DNA from: Candidatus Pampinifervens sinense
Lineage (GTDB): Bacteria; Aquificota; Aquificia; Aquificales; Aquificaceae
DNA: 64,000 nt
Assembly: GCA_037927135.1 (NCBI GenBank)
Contig: JAXSPP010000001.1
Location: 268,938 to 332,937 of the forward strand
Reading direction: 5' to 3'
Shown: positions 29,465 through 38,839 of the stretch, in pieces
How the letters are laid out: every line of letters begins with the position of its first letter
How positions within the stretch are numbered: position 1 is the stretch's first letter
The notes under the pieces: generated by a model
Databases searched by the model: none
What the model saw: only the letters and a program-made list of their open reading frames with translations
Told to the model about the DNA's origin: nothing
Made by a program: the position numbers and the translations under genes

Positions 29465-29890
29465 CTAAGGAACATAGAGGCCCGGGTAGGATCCTATTAG
29501 CTTTCCCTTCTCGTCAAAGAGGTAGGTGGAAGGCAAAAAGGTTATGGGAAAGTGGTCGTTGAAGCGCACCTCCGTATCAATAAGCGTGATAAACTTTGGC
29601 TCAATCCCTATGTCCTTGTAGCTCTTTATCACATCCTCTCTTTCCATGGCTACAGCGTAGGAGATGATGGTGTAATCTTTCTTCTCTTCTGTAATCTGGT
29701 TTAGCCTTCTTAGATCCTTTGAGTGGCCGGCGCAGGTCCTACTCCACACATAAAGGAGCACCTTTTTGCCCTTATAGTCCGAAAGGTAGACCTTTTTGCC
29801 CTCAAGGGTCTTCACCTCTATTTTGGGAAGAGTGTCCTTGGAACAAGATATAAAAAGGAGGGAGAGGAGAAGGAGCAAATACTTAAACAC
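29465..29890 (-). CDS. TlpA/redoxin-like lipoprotein with CxxH instead of CxxC
   Basis: Lipobox LFISC, LSDYKGKKVLLYVWSRTCAGH, LPSTYLFDEKG; start assumed at GTG 29890. Confidence 0.7.
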   Translation of the reverse strand: MFKYLLLLLSLLFISCSKDTLPKIEVKTLEGKKVYLSDYKGKKVLLYVWSRTCAGHSKDLRRLNQITEEKKDYTIISYAVAMEREDVIKSYKDIGIEPKFITLIDTEVRFNDHFPITFLPSTYLFDEKGKLIGSYPGLYVP

Positions 29891-31112
29891 GGGCAAGGAT
29901 CTTTTCTTTGAAGTCTGCAAGGGTTGGCTTTATGTGAATGGTCTCCTTAAGGTGGTTGTCTAAGACCTCCATGGTTTTGTAGCCGTTGCCTGTAATGTAG
30001 ACTACCACCACCTCATCCCTTCTGAAGGCACCCCTTTGAGCAAGCTTTTTAAGCACCGCAATGGTGGTGCCACCTGCTGTTTCTGTAAATATGCCTTCCG
30101 TCTCCGCAAGGAGCTTTATGCCTTCTATGATCTCCTCATCGGTGGCCGTCTCCCAATCTCCTTTGCTTTCCTTTGTTGCTTGAAGGGCGTATATGCCGTC
30201 GGCCGGATTTCCTATGGCTATGGACTTGGCTATGGTGTTGGGCTTTACAGGCTTTATAAAGTCCCTTCCTTCCTTCCATGCCTGAGCTATGGGAGAGCAT
30301 CCCTCCGCCTGGGCACCGTAGACCCTTGTCTTTACCTCATCTATTAGGCCCACCATGGCCATCTCCTTTAGGCCCTTCCATATTTTGGTGATAAGAGAGC
30401 CTGAAGCTGCTGGTGCTACCACCGCATCCGGTGCTCTCCAACCTAGCTGTTCCACCACCTCAAAGGCTAGGGTTTTTGAACCTTCCGCATAGAAGGGCCT
30501 TATGTTTATGTTGACAAAGGCCCAAGGAAGCTCATTGGCTATCTCTGAGCATAGCCTGTTTACATCGTCGTAAGTGCCTTCCACAGCCACCACGGTGGGA
30601 GCAAAAACTAAGCTTCCGTATATCTTTTGGGACTCAAGGTTTGCTGGGATAAAGACAAAGCAGTTCAGACCTGCCTGTGCGGAGAGGCTTGCTACCGAGT
30701 TGGCAAGGTTTCCAGTGGATGCACATGCTGTAGTATCAAAACCAAACTCTATGGCCTTGGATATGGCAACGGAGACTACCCTGTCTTTGAAAGAGAGGGT
30801 GGGATGGTTTACCGAATCGTCCTTTATGTAAAGGTTTTCAAGGCCCAAAAGCTTTCCAAGGTTTTCCGCCTTTTTCAGCGGTGTAAAGCCCGCGTGAAAG
30901 CCCACCCTTGGCTCTTCCACGGGTAAAAGGTCTATATACCGCCATAGGCTCTTTGGACCTTCCTCTATCTTCTTCCTGCTTATGTTCTTCTTTATCTCCT
31001 CATAGTCGTACTTGACCTCAAGAGGGCCAAAGCAGTATTCACATACATGGATAGGCTCTATGGGGTACTCTCTTCCGCACTCCCTACACTTGAGAGCCAG
31101 GGCCTTTGCCAT
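29883..31112 (-). CDS. thrC: Threonine synthase
   Basis: N-terminal Zn ribbon, NHPTLSFKDR (PLP lysine), CASTGNLA, EGSKT, TGNGYK. Confidence 0.9.
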   Translation of the reverse strand: MAKALALKCRECGREYPIEPIHVCEYCFGPLEVKYDYEEIKKNISRKKIEEGPKSLWRYIDLLPVEEPRVGFHAGFTPLKKAENLGKLLGLENLYIKDDSVNHPTLSFKDRVVSVAISKAIEFGFDTTACASTGNLANSVASLSAQAGLNCFVFIPANLESQKIYGSLVFAPTVVAVEGTYDDVNRLCSEIANELPWAFVNINIRPFYAEGSKTLAFEVVEQLGWRAPDAVVAPAASGSLITKIWKGLKEMAMVGLIDEVKTRVYGAQAEGCSPIAQAWKEGRDFIKPVKPNTIAKSIAIGNPADGIYALQATKESKGDWETATDEEIIEGIKLLAETEGIFTETAGGTTIAVLKKLAQRGAFRRDEVVVVYITGNGYKTMEVLDNHLKETIHIKPTLADFKEKILARV

Positions 31113-31163
31113 TCTACCACCTCCAAAAGAATCTGGAAAGAATTAAGATTATAATATATGCCA

Positions 31164-31568
31164 CTACTTAATAAGTCCAAAAAGCTTTGCTATAAACTCC
31201 AGGGTCTCCTTGTTTAAAAAGATTATGGCAAATAGGAGGATTAAAAACAAGATGGTGAATTTTCTGTCAAGCTTAAGGATTTCATTTTCTATCTTTGCTT
31301 CAAGCTCTGTTTTTAAGGTCCTCATCTCCTGCCTTAAGGCCTCTATTTCTTGCTTTATTAGCCTTATCTCTCCATAAAACTCCGCCTTTGTTATAAGCTC
31401 TTTCGTAAGCTCCTCTTTTAACTCTAACTTTTTCTGTATTGCTACTTCTTTGGCTTTATCTTCTATACTTTCCAAAGCAATCTCAATGGCCTCTGCCACT
31501 TTTTTAGCTTCTTCCTTTCCAAGTTTTTCTTCCAACAGCTGTAATACTTCAACGGTCAAGTGTGGCAT
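31164..31568 (-). CDS. Coiled-coil protein with C-terminal TM anchor (DUF1640/Bdr-like), paralogue 1
   Basis: MPHLTV..KEELTKELITKAE..LDRKFTILFLILLFAIIFL; similar to 36469-36789. Confidence 0.75.
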   Translation of the reverse strand: MPHLTVEVLQLLEEKLGKEEAKKVAEAIEIALESIEDKAKEVAIQKKLELKEELTKELITKAEFYGEIRLIKQEIEALRQEMRTLKTELEAKIENEILKLDRKFTILFLILLFAIIFLNKETLEFIAKLFGLIK

Positions 31569-31631
31569 AGTTAAAATTTTAGACAAAAAACCTATTAATG
31601 GCAAGGAATAGCGGTTTATAATATATGCTAA

Positions 31632-32906
31632 ATGAAAAACAGGGAACTCTTTGAGAAGGCAAGGTCTCTTATGCCGGGGGGCGTCAGCTCCCCTGTGAGA
31701 GCCTTTAAGGCTGTAGGTGGGGACCCTATCATAGTCTCAAGGGCAAAAGGCTCAAGGCTTTGGGATGTGGAAGGAAAGGAATATATAGACTTTCTCATGT
31801 CTTGGGGCCCTCTCATCTTAGGCCATGCCCATCCCAAAGTTGTGGAAGCGGTAAAAGAACAATCTCAAAAGGGGCTTTCCTATGGCCTTACAAATCCTTA
31901 TGAGATAGAGCTTGCGGAGCTTGTGGCCTCTTGCATGCCCTCTGTGGAGATGGTAAGGTTTGTCTCTTCTGGCACGGAGGCCACCATGTCCGCCATAAGA
32001 CTGGCAAGGGGCTATACGGGCAAAAAATATGTGGTGAAGTTTGAAGGCTGTTATCATGGGCATGGTGATGCCCTTTTGGTGAGTGCTGGGTCTGGTGTGG
32101 CCACCCTTGGCATTCCGGGAACTCCGGGAGTGCCGGAAGAGGTAGCAAGGCTCACTCTTGTGATACCCTATAACAACACAGAGGCCTTAGAAGAGGTCTT
32201 TAAAAGGTATGGGGAAGATATAGCCTGCGTGATAGTGGAGCCTGTGGCTGGGAATATGGGTGTGGTCCTTCCAAAGCCGGGCTTTTTGGAGGCCATAAGG
32301 GACCTAACTAAAAGGTATGGTGCTCTATTTATCTGCGATGAGGTCATTACCAACTTTAGGCTTTCTAAGGGTGGGGCCCAAGAGGTTTTTAACGTAGAGC
32401 CGGATATTACATGTATGGGGAAAATACTTGGTGGTGGTATGCCCTTGGGAGCATACGGTGGAAGAAGGGAGATTATGGAGAAGGTGGCACCAGAGGGGCC
32501 TATCTATCAGGCAGGGACACTTTCGGGCAATCCCCTTTCCATGGTGGCTGGCCTTGCCACCATAAGGGAGCTTCTAAGCCTTGACCCATACCAAGAGCTA
32601 GAAAGGCTAACAAGGAAGCTCACAGATGGCATCTCCAAAATATTATCGGACAAAGGCATAGCCCACCGCATAAACCAGATAGCCTCCATGTTTACAGTCT
32701 TCTTTACAGACAGAGAGGTCTATGACTATGAAAGTGCAAAAAGCTCAAATACAGAGCTCTTTGGAAGGTTCTTTAGGGCCCTGCTGAAGGAAGGTGTTCT
32801 CATACCACCCTCTCAGTTTGAGGCATGGTTTTTAAGCACGGCTCACCAAGAGGAAGATATTGACCTTACCCTTGAGAGGATAGATAGGGCAATAAGGTCA
32901 CTTTAA
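31632..32906 (+). CDS. hemL: Glutamate-1-semialdehyde 2,1-aminomutase
   Basis: PGGVSSPVRAF, SGTEATMSA, EPVAGNMG, GKILGGGMP, YQAGTLSGNP. Confidence 0.97.
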   Translation: MKNRELFEKARSLMPGGVSSPVRAFKAVGGDPIIVSRAKGSRLWDVEGKEYIDFLMSWGPLILGHAHPKVVEAVKEQSQKGLSYGLTNPYEIELAELVASCMPSVEMVRFVSSGTEATMSAIRLARGYTGKKYVVKFEGCYHGHGDALLVSAGSGVATLGIPGTPGVPEEVARLTLVIPYNNTEALEEVFKRYGEDIACVIVEPVAGNMGVVLPKPGFLEAIRDLTKRYGALFICDEVITNFRLSKGGAQEVFNVEPDITCMGKILGGGMPLGAYGGRREIMEKVAPEGPIYQAGTLSGNPLSMVAGLATIRELLSLDPYQELERLTRKLTDGISKILSDKGIAHRINQIASMFTVFFTDREVYDYESAKSSNTELFGRFFRALLKEGVLIPPSQFEAWFLSTAHQEEDIDLTLERIDRAIRSL

Positions 32907-34550
32907 TAGCTCAGAATAGACATAGTAGTTGTAAAGCACCCTCTTCACATAGTTTCTAGTTTCCGCTATTGGCACCGTTTCTATAAAGAGATAGACATCT
33001 TCTGTGCTGTTCCAGTCTTTCACCCTTGTGGGGCCGGCGTTGTAGCTGGCAAGGGCCCTAACTAAGTCTCCATTCCACATATCAAGCAGATATCTAAGGT
33101 AGGCCACTCCTAAAAGTATGTTGGTCTCCGGATGAAAGAGGTTTTTTATCCTTATTCCCTCCCTTCTTGCCACATACTGGGCTGTGCCATCTAGGAGTTG
33201 CATAAGGCCCTTGGCGCCCGCGACGGAGATTGCATAGGTGTCAAAGAGGCTCTCCTGCCTCATAACCGCGTATATTAAAGCTGGACTAATGCCGTAGGTG
33301 TTAGAAGCCCTTTCTACTATATCCCAATAGGGCTTTGGAAAGGCTACCGCACTGTATACAAGGCTGCCATAGCCGTATTTTCTAGTGGCAAGCCTGATGG
33401 CAAGGTAGGTGTCAAGCTTTGATAGGGCAAGGATATCGGAGGAGGTCATCTCCCTTATCCTTTTGAAGGCCTCAAGCCTTGCATACTCTGGAAAGCCGGC
33501 AAGCCATATTGCCCTTATAATACTCGCAGTTTTTGGAAAGCTCTCATCCTCCATCACCACCCTCATGGCCTTGCTGGCTACAGGAAGGCCAAGCATGGCG
33601 CTGGATACCGCATAGTAAAAGCCATTTCCATTGGATGCCTTTATAAGATACTCGTTGGCTCTCTCTTTGTCTATCATAAAGGCGCTCTTGTAGGCCCAAA
33701 AGTAGCTGGCAGACCTCTCTTCCTTATCCCTTGTGTATTCCAAGGATCTAAGGAAGCTCTCAAGGGCTTTTGAATAGTCCCCTAAGGCATAGTAAGAAAG
33801 CCCTAAGTTAAACTCCCTCCTATAAGATGGTTCCATGCGAGAAAGGTAATCAATAGCACACCCATAGTTCTCCCTTGTCAAACACTGCCTACCCATTCTA
33901 AAAAGGGCATCGGACAAAAGCCTTTTATCTTGAAGTGTAGAAAGTATCCTTTCGCTTTGATCTTTTTGGCCTAGCTCAAAGTAGAGGACCGCAAGGTCCG
34001 CCTTTGCCCTTTCATCTTCACATCTTTCAAAGACCTCTAAAGCCTTCTCCCTTTCCCTAAGAGATAGATAAGACCTTCCAAGCATGTAGCATACTTTACT
34101 CAATTCCAAAGGCTCTAAAAGGCTTATCACTTCTTTGTAATACCTTCTTCTGAAGAGCTCTTCCGAGGCACTTAGGGCCTCCTCTGGGTTAAGCCTTAGC
34201 TGTGGTATAAACTCTCTGAAAAGCACAGGGTGCTTTAAAAAGCCCTCCCTTGGGTCAAGGCCAAACTCCTTCCAAAGATTGATATATTCTTCTCTGTATT
34301 GTGGGCTCAAATTCTTCGGATTTATATCCTTAATTAGCCTTTTGGCCTCTTCCTCCCTTCCCTTAGACTTTTCCAGCTTTGCCAAAAGGAGCATAAGGTC
34401 ATCTTTAAAGACTGCATCGGGGTAATCCTTTAGTATCCTGTAGGCTATGGAAGGGTCTGAGGTCTGTTTGAATTGAATAAGAAACTCATACTCTTTTGGA
34501 AGTTGGGCCAAAGCGTAAAGGAAGGCAAAGAGTAAAAGCAGTATGGACAT
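32898..34550 (-). CDS. Soluble lytic transglycosylase (Slt-like) with TPR repeats
   Basis: Signal peptide, TPR-like helices, MRQES, GAKGLMQL, ASYNAG, ETRNYVKRV. Confidence 0.9.
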   Translation of the reverse strand: MSILLLLFAFLYALAQLPKEYEFLIQFKQTSDPSIAYRILKDYPDAVFKDDLMLLLAKLEKSKGREEEAKRLIKDINPKNLSPQYREEYINLWKEFGLDPREGFLKHPVLFREFIPQLRLNPEEALSASEELFRRRYYKEVISLLEPLELSKVCYMLGRSYLSLREREKALEVFERCEDERAKADLAVLYFELGQKDQSERILSTLQDKRLLSDALFRMGRQCLTRENYGCAIDYLSRMEPSYRREFNLGLSYYALGDYSKALESFLRSLEYTRDKEERSASYFWAYKSAFMIDKERANEYLIKASNGNGFYYAVSSAMLGLPVASKAMRVVMEDESFPKTASIIRAIWLAGFPEYARLEAFKRIREMTSSDILALSKLDTYLAIRLATRKYGYGSLVYSAVAFPKPYWDIVERASNTYGISPALIYAVMRQESLFDTYAISVAGAKGLMQLLDGTAQYVARREGIRIKNLFHPETNILLGVAYLRYLLDMWNGDLVRALASYNAGPTRVKDWNSTEDVYLFIETVPIAETRNYVKRVLYNYYVYSELLK

Positions 34551-34551
34551 G

Positions 34552-34968
34552 CTATCTTATGTAGATGATTATGAGGAGTATGAGGATGCTCAAAAGCAGG
34601 TTTATGCCTATGAGGTTGGGAATGTGGGAAAGCTTACCTCTTCTAAATAGGAGAAAGTAAATGTAGGAAAAGACTATAACCATAAGGCCAAAGAGGAAAA
34701 GCTTTATGTGAAAGAGAGGATTGTCCGAAAAATCCTTTCTGTAGCCATGCCATAGGCCCATGCCGGTGAGGAAAAGCACAAGTATGGAAAGCCAAACGGC
34801 CAGGAAAAACCTATGGAATACCTGTTTTAAAAACTTACCTCTTTGCTCTTCTTGTGTTATCTCTTTTAAAGAAGGCCTCAAAAAGAGCAGGCTGTATATC
34901 ATTCCCCCTATCCACACTATAGCAAAGAAAAGGTGCAGGAAAAGAAGGCTCTTAATCATTGTTTGCAC
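34552..34968 (-). CDS. Small 4-TM membrane protein (CopD/DUF2269-like)
   Basis: LHLFFAIVWIGGM N-terminus, HIKL motif. Confidence 0.65.
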   Translation of the reverse strand: MQTMIKSLLFLHLFFAIVWIGGMIYSLLFLRPSLKEITQEEQRGKFLKQVFHRFFLAVWLSILVLFLTGMGLWHGYRKDFSDNPLFHIKLFLFGLMVIVFSYIYFLLFRRGKLSHIPNLIGINLLLSILILLIIIYIR

Positions 34969-35182
34969 TCTTTTTAATCTTTATAACTTGCACCTTACCT
35001 TGGGCTATGTCTTCTATGGCTTGGAAGGTCTTTTTTATTAGCTCACCTCTTGCTCTGTCTCTGATGAATATATCATCTCCCCTTTCAAGGAGCTGTTTTA
35101 CCCTCTTTGCCGCCGCATGCACAAGCTCATACCTAGAAGATACCTTTTTAAGAGCCTCTTCTATATTTGGCCTCCTGCTCAT
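34952..35182 (-). CDS. rpoZ: RNA polymerase omega subunit
   Basis: RPNIEEALKKVSSRYELVHAAAKRVKQL; GGAGG RBS. Confidence 0.9.
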   Translation of the reverse strand: MSRRPNIEEALKKVSSRYELVHAAAKRVKQLLERGDDIFIRDRARGELIKKTFQAIEDIAQGKVQVIKIKKSANND

Positions 35183-35198
35183 ACCAAGACCTCCTCTA

Positions 35199-36458
35199 TT
35201 ATATTATAAGCACCTTGTATTCTGCCTTCTCATGTAAAGATTTTAACCTCTCAGGAAGCCTTGAGAGCTCCTCCATAAACACTTCTCTTATCTCCTTAAG
35301 GCTTGGGAGCCTCTTTATAAGGCTTCCTTCCTTGCATACCATCTCCACAAGGCCCCCTTCCCTGTAAGGCACCACCTCATCGTAGGCCATAAGGCCATCC
35401 TGGTAGTGTCTTATTACCTGTCTCTTGTATGGAAAGGTGGCCTTTCCTGGGCTTAGCTTAAACTTGGGCTTTCCCTCATACTCTACAAGCTTGTAGGCTA
35501 TGTCCAGATAGGGTGCGTCTGAAGAGGTCAAAAGCTTTGTGCCTACACCAAAGGCATCTATGGGCGCAGACCTGGAGAGCCACCTGTCTATATCCATCTC
35601 ATCCACCCCTCCGCTGACAAGGATCTTCACATCCCTAAAGCCTTCCCTATCAAAAATCTCCCTCACCTCTTTGCTTAGCTCCTCCACATCCCCGCTGTCA
35701 ATGCGTACACCAACTACTTTTATGCCTTCCTTCATAAGCCTTAGGGCCTTCTTTGCCCCCTCAATGGTGTTATAGGTATCTATGAGAAGCACCGTCCTGT
35801 CTGGAAAGCTCTTGGCAAAGGCCCTAAAGGCCTCTTCCTCCTCTTCAAAGACCATGACAAAGGAGTGGGCCATGGTTCCAAAGACTGGGATGGAGTACTT
35901 CATGCCCGCAAAGAGGTTGGAAGTGCCAGAAAAGCCCGTTATGTAGGTTGCCCTTGCCGCATAAAGGCCCGCATCAAGGCCATGGGCCCTCCTCAGACCA
36001 AAGTCCACAAGGCCCTTCCCCCTTCCAGCTATATAGCATCTTGCTGCCTTTGAAGCTACAAGAGTGTTGTAGTGTATAAGGTTTATAACAATGGTCTCAA
36101 GTATCTGCACATCGGGCAAAGAACCCTCCAGCTGAACTATAGGTTCATTCTGGAATATGATCCTTCCTTCGCCTATTGCGTAGAGGTTTGACCTAAAGCT
36201 ATACTCTTTTAAATAGTCTAAAAACCAATCTTTGAAGATGCCAAGGGATTTGAGGTATTTTAGCTCTTCATCGCCAAAGCGAAACTCTGATAGGGCTTCA
36301 AGGAGAGGTTCAAGCCCGCAGGAGACCAAAAAGTTCCTGTTTTCTGGAAGCTTTCTGACAAAGAGGCTAAAGACTGCCCTGCCAGTCTTTCCTATCTCAA
36401 GGTATGTTTGGGCCATGGTAAGCTCGTAGAGGTCTGTAAAAAGGGACTTAAAGGGCAT
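35199..36458 (-). CDS. pncB: Nicotinate phosphoribosyltransferase
   Basis: TDLYELTM, DFGLRRAH, GTMAHS, LIDTY, RIDSGD, FGVGT. Confidence 0.94.
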   Translation of the reverse strand: MPFKSLFTDLYELTMAQTYLEIGKTGRAVFSLFVRKLPENRNFLVSCGLEPLLEALSEFRFGDEELKYLKSLGIFKDWFLDYLKEYSFRSNLYAIGEGRIIFQNEPIVQLEGSLPDVQILETIVINLIHYNTLVASKAARCYIAGRGKGLVDFGLRRAHGLDAGLYAARATYITGFSGTSNLFAGMKYSIPVFGTMAHSFVMVFEEEEEAFRAFAKSFPDRTVLLIDTYNTIEGAKKALRLMKEGIKVVGVRIDSGDVEELSKEVREIFDREGFRDVKILVSGGVDEMDIDRWLSRSAPIDAFGVGTKLLTSSDAPYLDIAYKLVEYEGKPKFKLSPGKATFPYKRQVIRHYQDGLMAYDEVVPYREGGLVEMVCKEGSLIKRLPSLKEIREVFMEELSRLPERLKSLHEKAEYKVLII

Positions 36459-36468
36459 GAATACTATT

Positions 36469-36789
36469 TTACTTGATTAAACCCAAAAGCCTTGCTATGA
36501 ATTCTAAAGCATCCTTGTTCAAAAGGACCAAGGCTGAAAGCAGGATTATAAAAAGTATGGTGAATTTTCTATCAAGCCTTAGTATCTCCTTTTCCAACCT
36601 CAAAATCTCTTTTTCCAGCCTTAGTATTTCCCTTTCTATCTTTGCTTCAAGCTCTGCTCTCAAAAGTTGTATATCCGCTTTTGTTGCCAGCTCCTTAGTT
36701 AATTCTTCCTTCAGCTCTAACTTCTTCTGTAGTGCTATATCTTTGGCCTTTTCTTCTATTTCGCCTAAGGCCACAGTTAGATGAGGCAT
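36469..36789 (-). CDS. Coiled-coil protein with C-terminal TM anchor (DUF1640/Bdr-like), paralogue 2
   Basis: MPHLTV..KEELTKELATKAD..(EILRL)x3..DRKFTILF. Confidence 0.75.
   Translation of the reverse strand: MPHLTVALGEIEEKAKDIALQKKLELKEELTKELATKADIQLLRAELEAKIEREILRLEKEILRLEKEILRLDRKFTILFIILLSALVLLNKDALEFIARLLGLIK
36571..36636 (-). repeat. Imperfect 21-bp in-frame repeat, about 3 copies, encoding the heptad EILRLE(K/R)
   Basis: Protein IEREILRLEKEILRLEKEILRLDRK; DNA copies differ at synonymous sites. Confidence 0.7.
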
Positions 36790-36808
36790 ACCTAAATTAT
36801 AATCTAAG

Positions 36809-38839
36809 CTATACAGAAAAATCCAAAAGCCTCAGAGTCTCTCCAGATAACCTATCCCTGTTTTCCCATGCCCAGTTTTGAAGCTCCCAAAGGCTTACCA
36901 TAAGCTCCATCCTGCCCACAGACCTGTTATACTCTTTTACAAGGCTTGCAAGCCTTTTTGCCTCCTCTTCCGAAAGACCCAAATTGACCTTTCTGCTAAT
37001 ATACTCTTCAAGCCAAAACTTTAACCTCTCATCGCCAAGGTTTATTCCAAGGCCTTCCGCCTTCTTTAACAGCTCTTCCACTTTCTCCAAAGGTGCCACC
37101 TCTTTTAGCAAAAGGTAAAGCCTTAGCTTAAGGTAGTCCTTTACCCTTGACTTTAAAAGATTATCGCATTCAAAGGGGCTTCCCTTGGCATAAAGGATCA
37201 GGTTTTCAAATAGATGTTCGTAGCTCTCTTCAAACTCCACATCCTCTTTAAAGTATTCCATGGCCCAGCCCTTTAGTAGCCAGCCAAGCAAAGGCTGTGG
37301 AATCCTATCGGTGCTAAAATCTTTGAGGTCCTCCTCCTCATAAAACTCTTCTTCTGTCTCCTCATCCTTTAAAAAGACCCTCCAAGGCTCAAAGCCCTCC
37401 ACCTTGTAATAAAACTTTCCAAGCCTTCCCTCCTGTGGTATAAGGTCGGAAAGCTCAAGGATCACTATGGACCTTATTAGGTCCCTCTCTGATACCACAT
37501 GAGGTAAGACAAGCTTTTGCCAAACACCAAAGCCGTTGCCATAGACCTGCACGTTGCTTGGTGCATCAGAAAGGATGTCTAAAAAAGCTTTTTCTACAGA
37601 CCTGTCGCCAAGTAGGTCTATGGCCCTTTTGGCAAAAAGAAGGTTTTTTACCGCCTCTATGCCCGATATGTCTGCAAAGAACCAGCCATCGGAAGAAAAA
37701 GCATAGCTCACATACTTGTAAGCGTAGAGTAGTCTAAGAAGCTTCCTCTTTTCCTCCGGGCTTACATGGCCCTTAAGATGCCTTTTGAAATAATCTTCCT
37801 TTGACCCTCCCATTAGGACCTCTACAAAGTCAAAGAGGGCCTCCTTTGGGTCAAGGGTGTGTTGAGAAAGAACATCAAAAAGCCTTTCCTTTACCTTGGA
37901 CCTTAGGACTTCAAGGGCTTCCCTTAAAGGCTTTCTCCACTTTTGGTGCCAGCCTGGCTCTCCTCCCGTAGAACATCCACAGTCAGACCTCCACCTTTCC
38001 ACACCGTGGGCACAGCTCCAAGAGGTGTATTCGTTTATATCCGCCTCACCCTCTGGATGTAGGCTTTCATAGACCTTTTCAAGGGTGCTAATGTTTGGAT
38101 GGTTTTCCAAAAGGTAGGCAAGGCCCATCTCTCCAAACTTTTTGTGGTGGCCAAAGGTTTCACCATCAAGGGCTATAAGGGTTATGCCCTTCCTGTCCCT
38201 TGTTCTCCTTATTACCTCATCCATATGGTTTATCAGCTCTCCAAAGGCTATGCCATGGGACAGCTCTCCATCGTAGACAAAGATGTCTATGTGGCCCTCC
38301 GGAAGGTGGTGCCTCAGATAGTTGCCCTTTGTCTTTACCTGATGGGGTGCAAGGATGGTGTATTTTATGCCGTGTTTTACAAGGAGGGATAGGGTCCTTT
38401 TGTCTACCGCTAGCTCTGGAAGCCAAAAGCCTTTTGGCCTTCTTCCAAAGACCTTTTCAAAGGCCCTTATGCCCCAAACTATCTGAACCTCCCTGTCTTC
38501 CTCCGGGTCAAGGGGCAGTATGGTGTGGTTAAAACCGCTGGCTATTGCATTTTGGCCTGCCCTTTTTAGCCTTTCCACAAACCAAGGCCTTTCCTTCAAA
38601 AGCCAAGAGAGTAAGCTGTAGGTGAAGTCAAAGCTTATGCCCTGGTAGTTGTTGACCACCTTTAGGACCTTTCCATCCCTTGTATAATGGGCGTACATGT
38701 TGGGAAGGTAGGACTCTCTAAAGATCCTTTCGTTCCAGTTTTCAAAGGGCATGGCGGATGGCTCTGTAGGAACTAAGCCAAGGTATGGGTTTTCCCTAGG
38801 TGGCTGATGAAAATGGCAATGAACGCAGAAGAAGTTCAT
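36809..38839 (-). CDS. Glycoside hydrolase family 57 / DUF3536 protein
   Basis: HCHFHQPPRENP, HTILPL, GFWLPE, DGETFGHH, SWSCAHGVERW. Confidence 0.88.
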   Translation of the reverse strand: MNFFCVHCHFHQPPRENPYLGLVPTEPSAMPFENWNERIFRESYLPNMYAHYTRDGKVLKVVNNYQGISFDFTYSLLSWLLKERPWFVERLKRAGQNAIASGFNHTILPLDPEEDREVQIVWGIRAFEKVFGRRPKGFWLPELAVDKRTLSLLVKHGIKYTILAPHQVKTKGNYLRHHLPEGHIDIFVYDGELSHGIAFGELINHMDEVIRRTRDRKGITLIALDGETFGHHKKFGEMGLAYLLENHPNISTLEKVYESLHPEGEADINEYTSWSCAHGVERWRSDCGCSTGGEPGWHQKWRKPLREALEVLRSKVKERLFDVLSQHTLDPKEALFDFVEVLMGGSKEDYFKRHLKGHVSPEEKRKLLRLLYAYKYVSYAFSSDGWFFADISGIEAVKNLLFAKRAIDLLGDRSVEKAFLDILSDAPSNVQVYGNGFGVWQKLVLPHVVSERDLIRSIVILELSDLIPQEGRLGKFYYKVEGFEPWRVFLKDEETEEEFYEEEDLKDFSTDRIPQPLLGWLLKGWAMEYFKEDVEFEESYEHLFENLILYAKGSPFECDNLLKSRVKDYLKLRLYLLLKEVAPLEKVEELLKKAEGLGINLGDERLKFWLEEYISRKVNLGLSEEEAKRLASLVKEYNRSVGRMELMVSLWELQNWAWENRDRLSGETLRLLDFSV

